Notes: generated by a model from the letters alone, not told the origin. DNA of 64,000 nucleotides from the human T2T-CHM13v2.0 reference genome, Homo sapiens (GCF_009914755.1 NC_060942.1), one strand, 5' to 3'; counted from the stretch's first letter, positions 15,616 through 30,525 are shown. Numbers and translations: made by a program.

Positions 15616-16389
15616 CATTAAGATTAGCTCTTTTTAATACTATTGGCAAACAAAAAACTTCTGGGTAATTTGCCATACCTCCTTTTCCTTTTGTAATTTT
15701 ACTTAATCACCTTGTCAGTGTCCTTATATTTTATTAATTTTTCCACTGTACCGACACTTTTATTACTTAATTTGACTTTTCATTTTCATTAATTCCACCT
15801 TTATTATTTCTTTTCTATGTAAATTTCGTTCCTTTTCTTAACTCTCAAGGTATATACTTACTTCATGATTTGCTTTATATATTATTTAACAAGAAAATGA
15901 ATTGATAACAGATTAAAGTGCTTTGGCTCTTAAAGTTGAGAATAATAGCGTTGGTGATGAGAATTACACAAGGCCATTCCTGTTCTGAAATGGACTAGAC
16001 TCGGATGAAATTTCTCTAGTGCAGGGCTCCCACTAGATTAAGCTCACCTCTTTCAGTGGTTATTGTTGAAAAGAATTGCTTCTGCCTTGTTCTCTTATGA
16101 ATAATATAAACTATTGGAAACGTCTTCCAATTCTGATTTTTTTTCCTCACAGGTTATCTTCTACAATGAGGGAGTATACATCTTTAGGGAACAAAGGTCT
16201 TTGCCTCTCTGCTCTGCTAGAAGGAGAGAAGGAGATTGTGTGTTGAAGTTATAATGAGGCAAAGGATAGATAGTTTTAGGCAGAAAGGTAATAGATACAA
16301 AGATAGATGAGGAAATTCATTTTTAAAAGAACAAGAAGACCCATCTTAAGTGTATGTTATCTTGAGAGTGCTTTTGGCAATGTGATTTT

Positions 16390-17370
16390 TAAAGCGAGAG
16401 CTGAGAGTTGAGTAGGAGTTTTAGTTCTTTGGCTGACAGTTGCCAGGAATTGCATTTCAGGAATTCATGCATGGGAATAAGGAATTAAAGCCTTTGTGGT
16501 AAGAAAGTACGTGCTGAAATTGAGGAATGGAAAGATGATTGGTGTAACCAGAGTATGGTGTAGAAGCAACAGAAGACTGTAAGGAGAGGCAGGGAGGTTA
16601 GCAAGGGCCACATCAAACAGGAGTATTATAGCGTTCTTTTCCTAAGAGTAATGGTCAAGTCTTTATGGTCAAGTAATGGCATGATGCTTTTTAAAAGATC
16701 GTTCAGGGGATAGTGAACTGAGAGTAAGGAAGAGGAGAAGTAGGGAGACAAAAAGGTAATGCTGCAGCCCAGTGAGAGACAATGGTTGTTCACTTCAGGG
16801 TACTGGAGGTAGAAACATTGATATGAGTGCATTTGTAGAGTTGGTTTGCCAGAACTTGGTGGCAGATTATTGAGATGGTAAAGAAAAGAGAAAAATTAGG
16901 AATAACTTTCAAATGCTACATTAACTAATTAGATACTGTTACCATTTATTGAGATGACAAAAACTATGGAGAGATTTATCCAAGAAGGTCAATTAGTCAG
17001 CTTGGGATGTTTCGTTTTGTTTATTTGCCTATTTGCTTTATTTTTTCTGCTTTCCCCCCCCTTTTTTTTAATTCTCTTGTTAGCTACTGAAGAGAATAAT
17101 TCCCATAGGAAGCTGAACATGTGACTCTGAAACTCAAAGAAGGCAACTGGACTACAGATTCTTTTTTGTGTCCTTGACATACAGATTCCATTATGGTCAG
17201 GCGAATGAATGAGTTAATTTAGGAGAAAGTTTTGCCCATAAAAGTGATATCTTAGAATGTAGCCTCAAGGAATCCTGACATTTAGAGGTCAAGCAGAGAA
17301 TAAGCAGGGGAAAGAGAATTAAGAATTAAGAGAATAACTACAATATTATGTTATCACTGAAGCCAAAAAC
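16390..17370 (-). mobile_element. L2 LINE fragment(s)
   Basis: Purine-rich L2-like motifs (CCAGTGAGAGACAATGGTTG; CCATTTATTGAGATG; GGAATCCTGACATTTAGAGGTCAAGCAGAG); boundaries approximate. Confidence 0.6.
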
Positions 17371-20300
17371 AAGGAGCAAGAAATTGACTATACCATGTTT
17401 GAATAAAACAAAACTTTTTTGCATAAGCCTAGCTTTGCAAACAAAGCATAAAGCTTAATTGATCAATTTACTTTTCTAATTATCTTAATACTATAGTAAT
17501 TATTTATCTTACTAGTAATAAATTGGTCAGTGGTATAGAGATGCAAGTATAAATGTGGGCTAGAGAAAAGGGAAAATTGAAGGCTATTGAAATTGCATTC
17601 TCATAAAACCGTATCAGTGAAAAGCTGAAAACTAAAAGAAAAGCATATGAAGATGTTAATTTTAGGTTTAAAAACACTATTTATTCACATATATTAGTGT
17701 TTGAAAATATTATATCGAGAAAATATGTATCTATGTTCTTTATATGTATTCATATTACTTAAAATACAAATGGAATTACACACACATTTTCTGTTATCTG
17801 TAATTTTTAATTCATAGTAACTTTCCAATATCAAACTATCAGTTCCATATCAATCCTGGCTGATGCTTTGATGTGTTTTTGAAATATACATGGTTTGACT
17901 GGAGCTGTACTTCAAAGAAAAATCGGCCTTTTAATGGAAAAGAACTTTTCCTCTTGTTTAGAGATAAGTATATGAAAGTCACAGACTAGTATAGATAACA
18001 AAGGACCTCTCAAAGTGTCAGAAGATCAGACAGCGGGGCAAACTCTATGATTCAGAAGTCTAAATCCTAGTCGCATCTAAGAGAATGACATTTCTTTACC
18101 ACATCATTAGAAAATTTTCTTAGTTAGGGAATAAAATAGGAAGGCAGGGTTTTTCTGCGTTTGTTATTTCATTTTAATGTCTGTTTATCCTGAAAAGATT
18201 TGAGAACACAAGTTCAAGTATTTGGAAGTCCTCCTTGCAATTCACAGTAGACAAGATTCATGACCCAGGTGAAATGTGGATGGATGATGAGTAGAATCTA
18301 AGATTTTAGGAAATATTTATCAGTGTTCAGCACATTTTTCTAAACTTACATAATGATCAATTCTGAACTGTTAATACTTTTGTCTGACTTTAACTTACAA
18401 GAGTCATTATTTCAATCATGCAGTGAAAACCAAAGGTACTTTAATGATATTATTTTCTGAACATCAGAGCACAGCAAAACATCTTACTATTTAGGCAAAG
18501 AATGCTTAGGCATCTTAGAGTATAAGAAAGCAATTTTGTTTTTTAAGCAAAAACTATGTGTTTAAAAAAACTAACATTTTGGGGGTGAATCAAATGGTGT
18601 AATTATTCTGTCAGACAGGTACAATAATTAAATAAGCTATTTCATAAATTGAATCATCTTAATATACTCTGTCATATCAAGAATTCCATTATTAAAGAAA
18701 ACTATGCTATTTGAATAGTTGAAATAGTTTAATACATGGTCATATAACTTCTTCCAACTTAGTTACATGTTGGTTTAATAAGTATATTTTGATTTTGACT
18801 TCATGGCATATGTGTATAATCAAAAAACATCTACACCCTAGAAACTAAAGTTCTTCTTAAAGAACATGAGATGGGCACACATTTCTACATTAAGTTTATT
18901 TCAGCAACAATATTTGATATACAAGACAAAACTTAGACTAAAACTGCCCATAAAGGCCTAAATTGTCCCTGACAATTTTATTATTTAAACCAGGAAAACA
19001 ATTAAAAAGGGCAATTTTGGTGTAAATTATATGGAAATATAGGGATAAATATTATTCTATAATATAATGGGAAGTTTTACATTGGTTGCCTAATTTGTAT
19101 TTCCAGACACTGTTTTCTCTGTATCAAGAAACCCAAACTAGAGTAGACATAATTTGCTTTCTACCGCTTACAACAAAAACTAGTAAAGTTCACCTTGTTG
19201 GCTACACCAAGGGCATCAAATCACTGAAGCACTGTGACAATATTCGTCAAGGTTCCAAATTCATTATCTAAATCACACATGCCTCAGATTTTCCATCTAA
19301 TGCAAGTGTGGCTCTTGCCTCTGAACCCTTGAGATTATCAGACAAGAGCAAAAGGCTCCTATCTCTGTACACACATATGTGCACTTTCAAATGCGGACAT
19401 CAGAGTGAAGCAGCCACACCCAACCGCAGCAACATCTTTTCTTCTAGTGCATTCATATCCCTAAAGAAGTTTAAATAATATTTAAAAAATAAAGTATTTA
19501 TTCTCAGGACTTCCTAGGTAGCTTGGAAAAATCCTCTCAGTATTTTTGAAATAAAATACTTTCTTTTAATATATACACATTTGATGTATATTTTTATCAT
19601 AATATATACAAAAATGTAATAAATATATATTGTAAAATATATATATATACAAAAATATATATTTTTTATTGTAATATCCTGACATTCAACAAAGGATTAC
19701 ATTTTAGAACGAAGCCTAAAGTAAAATATAAAAAGACAATAAAAAATTAAATAACATTTTTAGTGAAAGTCATCTTCACCCATTCTATGATCAAAACTCT
19801 AATTATTGTATGAGAACAATTATGAACTGATTACAAGGAAATAACAGCATTGAATGAAAGGCATAGCCGTACATTGCTTATGAAGAATCAAATGCAAACA
19901 TACTTGGGAACATTCCAACCTTCCACTTGAAGATAAAATTAGTTATGCCAAACAAATGTCTAACTTTCTCCTGTGATTTCTTTATAGGAAAATGGCCTGA
20001 CAGCATGGATACTTAAGTGGGCTCTCCCACCTGACTGTTTTATTTATCATGCAATAGAGTATGCATCTTTAAATTTAATACCTTCTGAGTTGAAACAACA
20101 GAAAGAGATCTATAAAAAGTAAGTCTGCAGAAGCCAGACTCTAACTTAATGAGATATTATTTTACCACTTCTTAAGAAACGTGAACTATAATGACACTGT
20201 GGAGGAGAGTGAGAAGTAAAAGAACATTGAAACAAAAATGAACCAAACTGAATTTACCTGTTTCCCAGCCCCAGAGATAATAACTAGAAAATCACATTAC

Positions 20301-21029
20301 TTACAAACATCTGGCCCTGAAATACTTTGGGGGCACCTGGAGTAGTAAAGATTTGGTGTCAGGTTTTTCTCTTTAGTCAATTCATTAAGCTGCAAGGGGC
20401 CTAGAATATTAGATCACATTAGTCTCCTAAAATTGCCAAAACAAGTCTGTTTGGATAGGAAAGTACACTTCTTTTTTTTCTGCTAGAAAATAAAGCATTT
20501 GCTTTTGATAGTTGGTCTTTGTTCTTTGGTAGAGCCAAGAAATGTGTACTATTTATCAAACTATATTTTAAGTAGGATTTAAAAAACATAATAAAATGAA
20601 ATGCTTTATGTTTCAGCATTAAATTTGCTGATGTAAATTCTAAAAATGTGAAGATAATTTAAACTTATATTTAGCCTAAGCAGAGATAATAGTTTGGTGA
20701 GAGAATATAGATTACAAATTCCTGCATAATAAAATGGACTGATAGGCTATTCCCGGCTACAGAGACGCTGCCTCATTACATTTAGAAAGCATGCAAAGAA
20801 GGGGAAAAAAGCTTTTTTTTTTTTTTTCCAATTAATAGTACCATTGTATTTTTATGAAGACAGTATTTTTAGAATCTTTCTAACATGTGATGGGAAAGCC
20901 TGATATTGTCAATATAATACTAGGTTTGATATCAACAATTTGAATATGAACACTTAATCTCCAATTCAATGAATGTGAGGATGTAATTTCACTGTCACAA
21001 AGTAAACAATTAAGCAACAGGTCTGTATT

Positions 21030-22450
21030 CTATTTTTTCCTATCTGCCCAGTACCTGAGAGGCAGTTCCTAGAAGTTAGCAGTACACACTTCATAATTAT
21101 GCTACATGCTGTCACTGATTACTACAGCTGTCCCTGATATGAGAAAGAGTATACAGGAAGTAAAATAGGCCAAATAGGTGTTGTATACTATTATAGAATT
21201 AGCCACCAAATGAGTTCTTTTCAGTCCCAATTTTGAAATCAAACTAGGATAATGTGCATTCTCACATAATGGGATCTAGTATACATTTGCTGTTTTGCCA
21301 CATTATTATTTTAATTCACCAGTTTATTGAGATGAGACTTGCACTTAATAATCATTATGAGCAACATAGTGAACTATATTGATGATATCATGAAAATTGC
21401 ATTCTCAAAGGAAGAAGGGCAAAGGAGTTCAGAACATAGTCACTCACATGACAAAGTCTGATAGATAAATCCAGCTAAAATCCAAGGCTGAGTTCAACCC
21501 TGGAAATTTCTGAGACTTATGTGGGCTCCTACAACCAAGAGCATTTCTTGAAAGGTGAAAAATAAATTGTTATATATACAGACCCTGTCCAAAAGCAAGA
21601 TGCTCACAGACTGGAAGGTAATATTTCTCATAGAAACCCTAACTGTTCACCATTGCCGTGCATTGTCAGGCAAATGGGCCCTAAATACGTGGACAAAAAA
21701 GATCACCCTTGAATGAGGTCCTTATTTATGGAAACACCTGTGAATTTAGAGGAAGAATGAAAATGGGCCATGTAGATGTACACAAAATATGCATACCAGA
21801 TGGCTCAAGGAACAAGAATGCTAGAGAAGATACCTCAGTCAGATCACTGGAGCCAGTTAATCGATTTTATTAAATAAACTGGCTTTGTGTGTGCTTGGCC
21901 ATGCACTAAATAAGCAGAATCATAGCACATTTTTGTTGTACCTGACAAAATGGCTGAAGTGATAAGAAACTGCATCCAATGGCAATAGAAAGGAAATCAC
22001 TTGGAAATGGCTGTGAGTAAAATTCCCCAAAGACAAGAGCCTGCACAAAGCTCGCAAGTGGATATATTAGGCCTCTACCAGGGACCCCAGGAAGCTACAG
22101 ATGAGTGTTAACTAGGATTGACACCTATTATGCTCTTGGATTCACTTATCCTGTAACACAGGCAACTGTGGAGGACACAATGAGTGGTTTGGAACAGTGA
22201 ATTATCATTCAAAAAATCTGGACATACTACTTGCAGGCAAATTAGGCATTTTACTGCAGCTAGTATGCAGAAATGAGCACGGAGACATAGTGCCACATAA
22301 CCTTGTCTCATTCCTCATTCCCCTCCAAGTACAGTGGACCATCTAAACACCTGACAGTCAAAGCATCTGGTAAAAATAAATTTTTAAAGAATTACATGTG
22401 TGCCTTCACACTGCCTAAGGGAGGACTCTACTGGAAGGGTGGAGTTGGAG
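21030..22450 (+). pseudogene. Highly degenerate ERV-L-class pol remnant (RT, RNase H, integrase)
   Basis: Manual translation gives, in retroviral order: AVPD (21127-21138), IELA..FFSVPI, YTFAVLP..FNSP, YIDD (21375-21386), GHVDVH (~21765), QVD(Y)I.PLP and LT.IDTY (~22055-22130), HFTA (~22246); many stops and frameshifts. Confidence 0.8.
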
Positions 22451-23094
22451 CTAAGAAGAAACATTAGCAAGACTGTAGTGATTACTGGCACTTCGGTTAA
22501 GCAGTAGATCTGAGCTGGTAATCCCAACTACTGGGGAAAGGGTGTGGATCAAAACAGTTAATACATAACAATGGGACTGGAAGTTAGCAAATGGAAGAGA
22601 CCACTAAGTGGACTTCCATGCCAGGAGAGGGTGCAATCATACTATTTACATGAGAACACCTTAGGGAAAGAAAACACTCCTCTTGCTTAGATCTGATGCT
22701 GACTCATTGGTAATATTGGGAGAAACCTTCAGAGCTGATGTCTATGGAGAGTGGAAATTGGACTCCTGAATCTTTGTAATCTTGCAAATAAATAGTCTAT
22801 CTGGATAATTCAGAGAAAAGAAGTGCACAGCACATAGGCCCAATGTGCCAGGAGCTGACCATGTAAGTGAATGTACTACCTAGTAAGTAATAATTAGAAT
22901 TCCAGGTGATTTCTAAGAAAAAGAGAAGCCAGAAAACAGGGAAATATCTTCCAACGTTTAAAATCAAAAGGTCAACTTTAATTGTAAATGCAGAAAACAT
23001 GTTATAAAAGAACAAAAGTGATTATATGCATTTTTAGATAAAAGAGGAAAAGGTTCACTACTAACTGATCTTTACTAAATAAAATTTAAAAGTA

Positions 23095-23766
<672 letters not shown>

Positions 23767-23789
23767 CTTATAGGTTCCATGAACATTCA

Positions 23790-24190
23790 CTCAAATTTTC
23801 AACAGATTTTTTTCTACTTTTCCTTTATGGAACTTGAAAACATGACTGAAATTTATATGGACTTACAAATGACTGAAAGATAGCTAAGATACTCTGAAAA
23901 AAAAAACAGACAAATTTTTCAACAGCCAGATATTAAAAATTGTTAAAAAGCTATAGTAATTAAATAAGTGACTTAAATGAAAGATAAAATACACTAGAGT
24001 CTAGACACAGGCCCATATATACATAGTCATTTATAACAAGTGTGCTACAGTAGTTTCAAATAGAATAGTGGGAAAGATTGTCTTTACTGTGGTTTCCAAC
24101 AAATTAAAATCCATAAAACATAGAAAAAAAATGATGCTTAAAAGTTACACAAAAATCAACTTCAAGTAGATGCTAAATCTAATGTAAAAA
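23790..24190 (+). mobile_element. Old L1M ORF2 fragment
   Basis: AAATTTATATGG...AAAGCTATAGTAATTAAA...CCCATATATACATAGTCA...ACACAAAAATCAACTTCAAGTAGAT resemble L1 ORF2. Confidence 0.6.
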
Positions 24191-24199
24191 CAGGAATGA

Positions 24200-24296
24200 C
24201 AGAGGAAGGAAGAAAATAAGGAAGGAAAAAAGGGAGGAAGAAAGGAAGCAAAGTAGGAAGGGAAGGAGTGAGGGAGGGAGGGAGGGACGGAAGGAC
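24200..24296. repeat. GA-rich low-complexity tract
   Basis: GGAA/GGGA repeats. Confidence 0.8.
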
Positions 24297-25152
24297 AACA
24301 ATTATAAATAGGACTAATGTGGTATAAGAGAATGTACCAGGAAGAATGTGATATAAAAAAAAGGTTAGTTAGGAAGGTTAGTAATGAGTCTGACTACAGT
24401 TTTATTTTCAGGATTTGTATCTGATTTGGTTCTAAGTGTTGAGGCTGGTGAAAGGAAGAATATCTGGAAGAGGGAAGAATGGATACTGGAGGGCTGCTTT
24501 GTACAAGTGGAAGACATTGTTGTTGATGGCAAGAGTCATTGATTGGCTGTCACCCAAGGGGCTTCACTGGCTCTTGGTGAATTTGATAGTTTTATTAGCA
24601 CCTCAAAAGAAGACCAAAGCATCTAGAAACATGGTTTCACACGTAGTAGATGAAGGCAGAATGACAACATTGGTTTTGAATTTAGAATGACACCCATAAC
24701 TATCACATGGAATGGAATACTCATTCCCCCGCTCACCATTTTGTAGGGATGACTAAATATATGTATGTCTGGTTAGCCTAGGAGAAGAACAAAGGCAGAT
24801 GATGTAAGTGTTCATAGCACCAGAATAAGCACACTGTGTCCATCCCACAGAGGAATAAAGGACCACACCAAAGACTCTAGAATGCCAAAGTATGTGGATA
24901 TGTGGATAAGTTTTTCTCCTCTGGCAGCATTCACACGGTCCATTCCAGATTTACCTTTTAACTAACATTTCCAGTAACTTCACAGCTGACCATTCCCATT
25001 CTGATTGAAACATCCTTTACATGTGTGGTACATTTAAACAAGGCACAGTCAACTCTGCAGATGTTGAAGTCTTTGTCTTGCTTTATCATGAAATTGCAAA
25101 CCTATACTTTTAATTCATTGTGCATTAATTTTACTGTTTATATATCTCATAA

Positions 25153-25851
25153 TGAGAGGTGAAGCCAGCTGGACTTCCTGGGTCCATTGGGGACTTGGAG
25201 AACTTTTCTGTCTAGCTAAAGGATTGTAAATGCACCAATCAGTGCTCTGTGTCTAGCTAAAGGATTATAAACCCACCAATCAGCACTCCGTAAAAACCCA
25301 CCAATCAGCACTCTGTGTCTAGCTAAAGGATTGTAAACACACCAATCAGAACTCTGTAAAAATGCACCAATCAGCACTTTGTGTCTAGCTAAAGGACTGT
25401 AAATGCACCAACCAGCACTCTGTAAAAACGCACCAATCAGCACTCCGTAAATTGGACCAATCAGCGCTCTGTGAAATGGACCAATCAGCATGATGTGGGC
25501 AGGGCCAAATAAGGGAATAAAAGCTGGCCACCTGAGCCAGCAGTGGCAACCCACTTGGGTCCCCTTCCACGCTGTGGAAGCTTTGTTCTTTTGCTCTTCA
25601 CAATAAATGTAGCTGCTGCTCACTCTTTGGGTCTGCACCACCTTTAAGAGCTGTAACACTTGCCTTCGTGGCTTCACTCCTGAAGTCAGCGAGACCGCAA
25701 ACCCACTGGCAGGAAGAAACTCCAGACACATCTGAACATCTGAAGGAACAAATTCCAGACACACCTGTAACACTCAACGCGAATGTCTGCGGCTTCATTC
25801 CTGAAGTCAGTGAGACCAAGAACCCACCAGACAGAATAAATTCCGGACACA
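25153..25851 (+). mobile_element. LTR12 (ERV9) solo LTR with expanded CCAAT tandem repeats
   Basis: TGAGAGGTGAAGCCAGCTGG...TTCCGGACACA; four TCTAGCTAAAGGA units, eight sense CCAAT; TSD ATAA/GTAA (1 mismatch). Confidence 0.95.
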
Positions 25852-26197
25852 GTAAGACAAACTTCTTCTTATAATTCAATGTACTTTAATAATTCCTTGC
25901 TCTTGGCCATAGGCTAACAACATGGTACAAGCCTAGATATAATTTAGTTTCGTACCCATGGCATAAACAAGAATCTGACAAAAATGTTCAATGAATGACT
26001 TTGAAGTGTTTGTTAAAGTGAGTATCATAGGGTCTTTAATGCTATTTATCTCACTGAGCTTTGGAGCATAATATTAATATACGTCACATTGCCTTTTGTC
26101 ACTCAGTGCGGGATTTAGAAACTCCTCAAAACAATCGGAATTTGAAACTTAAAGGACTATTTAAAAAAAATTTTTTTTTAGTATATTCTGTATGTAG

Positions 26198-26590
<393 letters not shown>

Positions 26591-26807
26591 TGAAATTTAT
26601 TTCTCATCCTAAGGAATTGGAAGGTTCTTCAGGATTTTCAAACAAGGAGAGGATATATTCCTACTCAATCAAAATGTTCCTTTTTCTTTCTTCTCCAGGT
26701 CAAAGCTTAGAATGTTTAGTGGTAAGCCTTTTCCCCCCAAGATTTGACCTTGTACTCAGCTATTGCATCAATTTTCTGTAATGTAAAGTTTACACAATGA
26801 CATATTT

Positions 26808-27394
26808 TTAAGTTTTAATTTTAAATTTTATTATGTAATGACAAATTATAGTTGCATATATTTATGAGGTTAAGGGGGATGTTATGATTTTTTGAATATA
26901 ATTTAGAAATAATAAATTAAGCTAACTAAAGTTTCTATACCTCAAATATTTAACACTTTTTTGTAATGAGGGCATTAGATATTTATATTTTTAGTGATAT
27001 TGAAATGTACAGAATTCAGTTATTTGTTATATTCTCCATGCTGTGCAAATGATCTGGGGAAAAAAAAAAAAAACACATTTTTCTCCTAAGTAAGCGTCCA
27101 TCAGGGATGAATGGATATAGAAAACGTGGTTACACGTACACAATGGAATGCCATTCGGCCTTAAAATAAGAAGAAATTCTGTCCTTCGTGCAACATGGAT
27201 GAGATTGGAGAACGTTATGCTAAGTGAAATAACACACACACAGAAAGATATGTACCAAGTGTTCTTACTTATAGGTGGAATCTAAAACAATTAAACTAAT
27301 AAAAGCAGCAAGTAGAATGGTGTGGTTACCAGAGGCTGGGGAGTGAGAGGGACACGGAGATGATGTTCAAAGGGTACAAATCCTCAGCTAGACA
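26808..27394 (-). mobile_element. L1MA-type 3' end with 5' inversion (twin priming)
   Basis: About 26808-27089 is antisense L1MA 3' end, 27091-27394 is sense upstream segment; degenerate TSD CAATGACATATTT/CAATAATATATTT. Confidence 0.8.
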
Positions 27395-27493
27395 ATAATA
27401 TATTTAACTGAAGCATCTTTCTGTACTGACCCATCTTCTCTGCTTTTCAGTATAATTAGTTATTACCCATATTAAGAGGAGTTTCATTTTAAA

Positions 27494-27921
27494 TTAGGTT
27501 TACCGGAAGCAGATCCAGAGATAAGGCATTGGTGTGCTAGTGATTTATCAAGAAGGTACTCAGAGGACAAACTGATAAGAAACTGCGGAAGAAAGAGAGG
27601 CCAAGCATGGATGTGAATTCAAAAGTCCCCAAGCAGATTGTTTGGGTCTTGTCCCTCAAGGCAACTCTGGAGTGTAACTCATGCCACAGGGCGATTTCTT
27701 CCAGAGGCCAGGGCTTAGGGTTTTCTTGCTCTCGCACCTAGGTATAATATGTTATGGACCACCTGAGTGGGATGGATGAAACCCAGAACACTCCTGCCAT
27801 CCAAGCACGTGCAAAGTGGATCCATTAACCCTAAAACAGCAATCCAAAGTGGTGTCAGGTACAGGCAGTTGGAAGCAAAAGCACACAGGAAATGGGAAAA
27901 GTCCTCAGAGAAACAGATCTG
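27494..27921 (-). mobile_element. Ancient ERVL LTR (LTR16/LTR33/LTR67 group)
   Basis: GAAGCAGATCCAGAGATAAGG...GTGATTTAT and CTCTGGAGTGTAA...CCACAGGG motifs typical of this group; likely resumes briefly at 28142-28160. Confidence 0.55.
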
Positions 27922-28141
27922 AGCACTTTGGGAGGCCGAGAAGTGGACAGATCACTTGAGGTCAGGAGTTCAAGACCAGCCTGACAAACATGCTGAAACC
28001 CCATCTCTACTAAAAACACAAAAAATTAGCCAGGCATGGTGGCGGGTGCCTGTAATCCCAGCTACTCAGGAGGCTGAGGCAGGAGAATTGTTTGAACCCG
28101 GAGACAGAGGTTGCAGTGAGCCAGGATGGCGCCACTGCACT
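27922..28141 (+). mobile_element. AluS fragment truncated at both ends, no poly-A
   Basis: Starts at AGCACTTTGGGAGG and stops at GCCACTGCACT. Confidence 0.92.
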
Positions 28142-28189
28142 GGAGAACTGGGCGGAGCACTTCCCTTGAACTTCTTGCATTAGAGATCA

Positions 28190-28440
28190 TTCCATTTCTG
28201 ATTCAGCAAACATTTATCAACCATCTTCTATTCTTCCAACATTAGGCTGAATGCTGAAGACAGAGAGGTGGTTAAGAACAAGTTTCTGTCATCAAAATTG
28301 TATAATCCGGTGGGGACAGGGGAGGACCTGCAAATCATGATAAGGAATGCTCCAGCAGGGCATTGCACAGGTGTTCCAGAATCACGAATCAGAGACGCTG
28401 GTTGCTTTTGGAAAAGTGTCTGGGGTAAAGTTTACTTGAA
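28190..28440 (-). mobile_element. L2 3' end fragment
   Basis: ATTCAGCAAACATTTAT...TAGGCTGAATGCTGAAGACAGAGAG matches the antisense L2 tail. Confidence 0.55.
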
Positions 28441-28954
28441 GTGCCCCTCCCTCTGGACCTCTAGGTTCAAACAGGATTACTCTAGTAGTTGTATCATTTT
28501 TTTCATTCCTTTTACTGTCAGTGTTTTCTAGACTCAATTTAAGTTTCCGAAATATGACTTCCTTGAGCCCAATTCTCCTAAAACCCATAAGATAATTAAT
28601 AAATGACGCAATGGCCTTTGTTCAGCGTTTTTATAGCAGTTTCTCTGTAGCATTTTATATTTGTATTGCTGTAATCATCATAAAACCCTCTTTTTCTTTA
28701 ACTGTGCTGGCCCTGGCCTGTGCCCACTTTCTTTGTGTCTGTCTCATCTATCTCTTGCCTGGATTGTTTATTCTTTTCTTTGTAAGTCTCGTGTGTCATT
28801 TGCTGAGGTGTAATCTTCAGTCCTTGGCTCTGCTTTCTGCTGTGTTTGTTTTTCCCTTGAACACTCTTCCCTGGGTCACAGCTTCAGAAATCTTCATAAT
28901 AATGTCTTAATTTTTTTTTTTTTAAATTTAGCTCTATTCTTTCTCTGAAATCTC

Positions 28955-29385
28955 AGTTTAGATCTAGGCACTACACTTTAAAGAAAGACATAGTGAAAGC
29001 ATTGAAAGCACATCAAATGATGTTTAACCTAAAGAAGAGAAGACTCAATGGGACATGAAAAGTGCCTTCAATTATTTGAAGGGCCATTATGTGAAAGAAG
29101 GATAAAGTTTATTTTGGGTTTCCACAGGGAACAGCTACCACCAAAGCTTAGAATTTTAAGGAGGCATACTTTTGGATCAGTATAAGAGGAACATTTATAA
29201 AAAATTGAACGGCAAAAAAAAAAAACATTAAATTCGTGGAAAAACAGGGAATTTTCCTGTCATTAAAAAAATGTCAAACACAGGTGGAATGATGATTTGC
29301 TAGGGATGATGTTTAAGGGGATCGATAGATCAAATGAAGACACAGCCTTATAGTTTTTAAAGTCCATTTCAACTCAGAAATAATA
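28955..29385 (+). mobile_element. L3/CR1 LINE 3' fragment
   Basis: ATGTTTAACCTAAAGAAGAGAAGACTC...GCCTTCAATTATTTGAAGGGC and terminal AGTCCATTTCAACTC motifs. Confidence 0.75.
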
Positions 29386-30051
29386 TTGTGCTATCATCCC
29401 TTTGGATTTTCCATTCTTTGCTCAGTTCAGGCATATCTTCAACATAATTCATCATGTTCCTTTTTAAGTTCACTTTCCAGATGACTTCCCAGCTGCCAGT
29501 ACAACTCTCTCTCCATAGATCACCACGCACATTTGAAACTTCAGCACCATCTCTGCCTCATTTTCCTCCTTTGCTTCTCAGGTGTAACCAGTCTTCCAGT
29601 CCAGTCCATTGTCTCTTGGTAAAGCTTCTTTCATTATTCCTTTATCCTTCCCATGATAAATCTGGCAATTAAGAACTTTATCCAAAACCTAGGCATGAAT
29701 AAAGTAAATGTTGCTCCATAGCATTCTCTGGTTCGAGATTCTATTCCCATCATTTACCATGTAGAATATCTCAGACTACCTTTAAAAACTTCACTTTCGC
29801 TTAATAGAAAGCATATAAGTAACAGCTATACAAATACAATTAAATTTCCTTAAATTGATTTTACATTATACTAAAGAATCATATCATTAATTTCCCCTTT
29901 AACCAATATTTCATTATGTTAACAGCATAAGCCTTTTATTAACCAATGTTTAACTGTTTCCTAAGATGAGCTGGCCTTTCTCTCAAAAGTTGCGAGCACA
30001 CTTTGTCTTGAATACAACTTTCTAATTCCTTAATCTATGAGTTGGTTTTAA

Positions 30052-30525
<474 letters not shown>

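Noticed and set aside
25208-25495. Regularly spaced repeats superficially like a CRISPR array
   Set aside because: Spacers are themselves repeated; these are LTR12 U3 enhancer repeats in eukaryotic DNA.
25216-25773. 185-aa minus-strand ORF with repeats, similar to ORFs at 2120-2717
   Set aside because: Antisense reading of LTR12 tandem repeats; similarity reflects the shared LTR family.
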